Source: Tubulanus polymorphus
Taxonomy: Eukaryota > Animalia > Nemertea
Assembly: GCF_964204645.1 (NCBI RefSeq)
Contig: NC_134030.1
Coordinates: forward strand, 2,708,778 to 2,772,777
Direction: 5' to 3'
Length of the DNA stretch: 64,000 nt
Below are positions 61,013 through 64,000 of the stretch, in pieces (the stretch's first letter is position 1; each line of letters starts with the position of its first letter). Below the pieces are notes generated by a model. It made no database searches. It was not told the DNA's origin and was given only the letters and a program-made list of their open reading frames with translations. The position numbers and the translations under genes were made by a program.

Positions 61013-62631
61013 AGAATACATGTGGGATTGAATAATCAGATTCGCGACGGAATCTGTTTAAAAAGGTGGAAAAACTGAATTATTGGAAATGTATACAATT
61101 AAATTACAATTGCGATTCTACCTGAAGACACACGCGTATGAGGGGATAATAGATGAAACTGAATTCAATTCCGTGTCTGAATATCAAGAACACAACTATT
61201 GACGATACAAGAAACTCTAGATCGAGACACAGTGAAGCCTGGGAGAGATAGAGAGAGAGAGCTTAGCAACGTCACGCGGAGAAAAGAACATCAGGAACAC
61301 CTGACAATTCTCAGGTTTAGAATAAAACAACTTTTAACAATATAGATTGAAATTTTCACTGAAATACCGTTCCACGGACGAGTCTGACGATGAAACCTGT
61401 CTAATACAGGCCACAAACCACAAAACCATAACCTTTCAGGAATATTAGTAAATTGAATTTGAATATCTATGGTGCCAGAAATCTGGGAATTTGTACGAAG
61501 AAAAACATAATCGTATGGGCGTCTAGACGTAAGTCTGATTCAAACGACGCGTTTTCAGAAATTCACCGCAAATTTATTTCAATCGTTGAAAAGGTTTCAC
61601 GACTACTTTGCATTTTTCAAATTGAATTTTGGCCGAGAGAAAATGTGGAGAGTTTCTCGCGGAATGTCTTAAAAAGCCAATCTATATTCAACGAACAATG
61701 TTGGAAATTGTGCTGAGCCTTTTAGACTCGGGTGCCGCAGCCTCTAGAAATGGACCGTCGAGTCCGCGATAAAGCCCATTACTACATCATGTGTGATTAG
61801 AGTCAAAATCACCTGAAATTAACCGCGCTGTCGCAAGCCATTCGTTTCAACGTAAAATTGCGGCTTAAGCCGGTGAAAAAAACATCAATAACCCATCAGA
61901 AGAAGTAACCACCCTGCACCGCCGCCGCCGCCTCAGACATCTCTATTCAAAAACGACAAGGAAGTAAGTGGTCAAACTTCGACGGTTTAGCAACACCTAC
62001 TAAAACACTTAATTCAGTAATTGACATAATATCAATCATCACTGTAAGGATAACAATAGCAAAACTCTATAGATATTCAAACTTGACTCCAATGGACTTG
62101 CAGAGAAGGCATCTGCATGCAGCTTTTAGGTTACTCCGTGATATAGAATGTAAATTGGGTAAGAAATCTCTTTGTTCTAAGAGTGTAAGATGGAACGTCA
62201 CAAATCTCATTTAGCGCAGTCTAGTTGTATCAGACGCCAATATCTATTCGCAAAGTACCTTTTTCGGTGTGAAATCCCGAACCGTTTGATGATGGTTTTG
62301 TTTTATGTATCGTGTTAGCGGTTTTGGCGGAGTTACAATAATAACTGATCATTCCTGAGGGGGAATCGTTTTCGCGAAGCCGCAATTGCGATGTCTGGAC
62401 AGTAGAACCTTCAGCCGACCCGATGGACACGAGAGCTTATTAGTTTTTCGTCAGTGACGTCTCACCTGATCAACTGAAAGAAGTTGTGGCTAATCTAATC
62501 CGTGTCACTGACAATAATCTAGATTCGGACCCTTGAGAGACGTATTCACGTCAGTCAACGCGAGACTGTACGAGAAAACAGGAGATGACGTTACCGTTAC
62601 TGTCAGGATCAAGGTCGACATCATTTTATCA

Positions 62632-63161
<530 letters not shown>

Positions 63162-64000
63162 GAATATCAATGATTACTCCAAGAAGGGTACAAGTCCTCT
63201 ATTGCATTTCTGAACCTATTAGAAGAGATACCAAGTCTGATTGGGTAATTATTCGCTAAAATATGCATATTCAAATCACCTTGAAACGTGTACAAAAATA
63301 CGAGAATGAAACGCGTGATTAGAAGAAGCTTCGCATTAAACAACTCGATTATTTTAAGGATAAGTCGCGCTGTCGATCAGAGATCTGAGAGAGATGATAC
63401 GCTAGTTGATAAAACAACTATTCGATATCGTCGAATATCATCTATAATGACTAGATTATAACTGCGAGCTAATCTCAGATTTCAAATCAATACAAGCTAT
63501 GACTATATTGAATGTTTATGATCGTTTCATTCAGATTTTGTACCCTTCTCACTATCCAAACTGGGTATGTGTCGCCATTCTCCTATTTGGACATTTATGT
63601 AACTTGTCATATCCGGGACCTGGGCTCGACAATCATATCATGACCTCAAAATCAATAAATAAAAATAGTAAATCGATCTTAACTGGACCCAATGATTCAC
63701 CGACTGAAAAAATCGCTTATTTCGTATTCTGATAAGAATCGCTGTTGTCAGATTCGGTGCTAATCGATTTTGAAGAACCAGCCTAGCGGTTTTTATACGC
63801 AGTTTCTTTCGACGCGGCAAAAACTTCGTGTTTGTTGATTTTTTTTATTGTTGTTGTAAAAACGACAAGATCTGCTGGCCATCGGTTGTCAAACGCATTA
63901 ATCGAAAAGTGATCTCCCGCGCCACCGATCGTGTCAGCTCGAATTTTTTATATCCGAACCTCGTGATACAGGACATCGTCCACGCGTTCATTCTCTGCAT

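Noticed and set aside
61384-61410. CTGACGATG plus small hairpin
   Set aside because: No GAAA/cleavage half; at most a fragment

Overview
Eukaryotic (invertebrate animal-type) genomic DNA: AT-rich, intron-rich, with many microsatellites and small repeats. One protein-coding gene is well supported. It is a THSD7A/B-like thrombospondin type-1 repeat gene on the minus strand, rebuilt by hand as 20 phase-consistent GT-AG coding exons (39122 down to 19325, ~1389 codons) that begin with a signal peptide; its last exon(s) and upstream 5'UTR exon(s) are unresolved. The most striking non-coding signal is a set of ~230-270 bp fold-back elements at 5.8, 14.6, 40.6 and 57.7 kb, from three unrelated sequence families. 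They share one architecture: a 9-15 bp target-site duplication, two inverted arms, a minimal type I hammerhead ribozyme motif (CUGANGA-U-stem II-GAAA-palindromic stem III-NUH) at the centre, and a 35-38 nt hairpin-containing tail on one arm only. This matches Penelope-like retroelement (PLE) pseudo-LTR insertions; no PLE ORF is in the window. Further decayed hammerhead copies, nested insertions, CR1/L2-like LINE 3' ends, tRNA-derived SINE heads and several MITE families are also present. Most other ORFs in the track are low-complexity or antisense artefacts.
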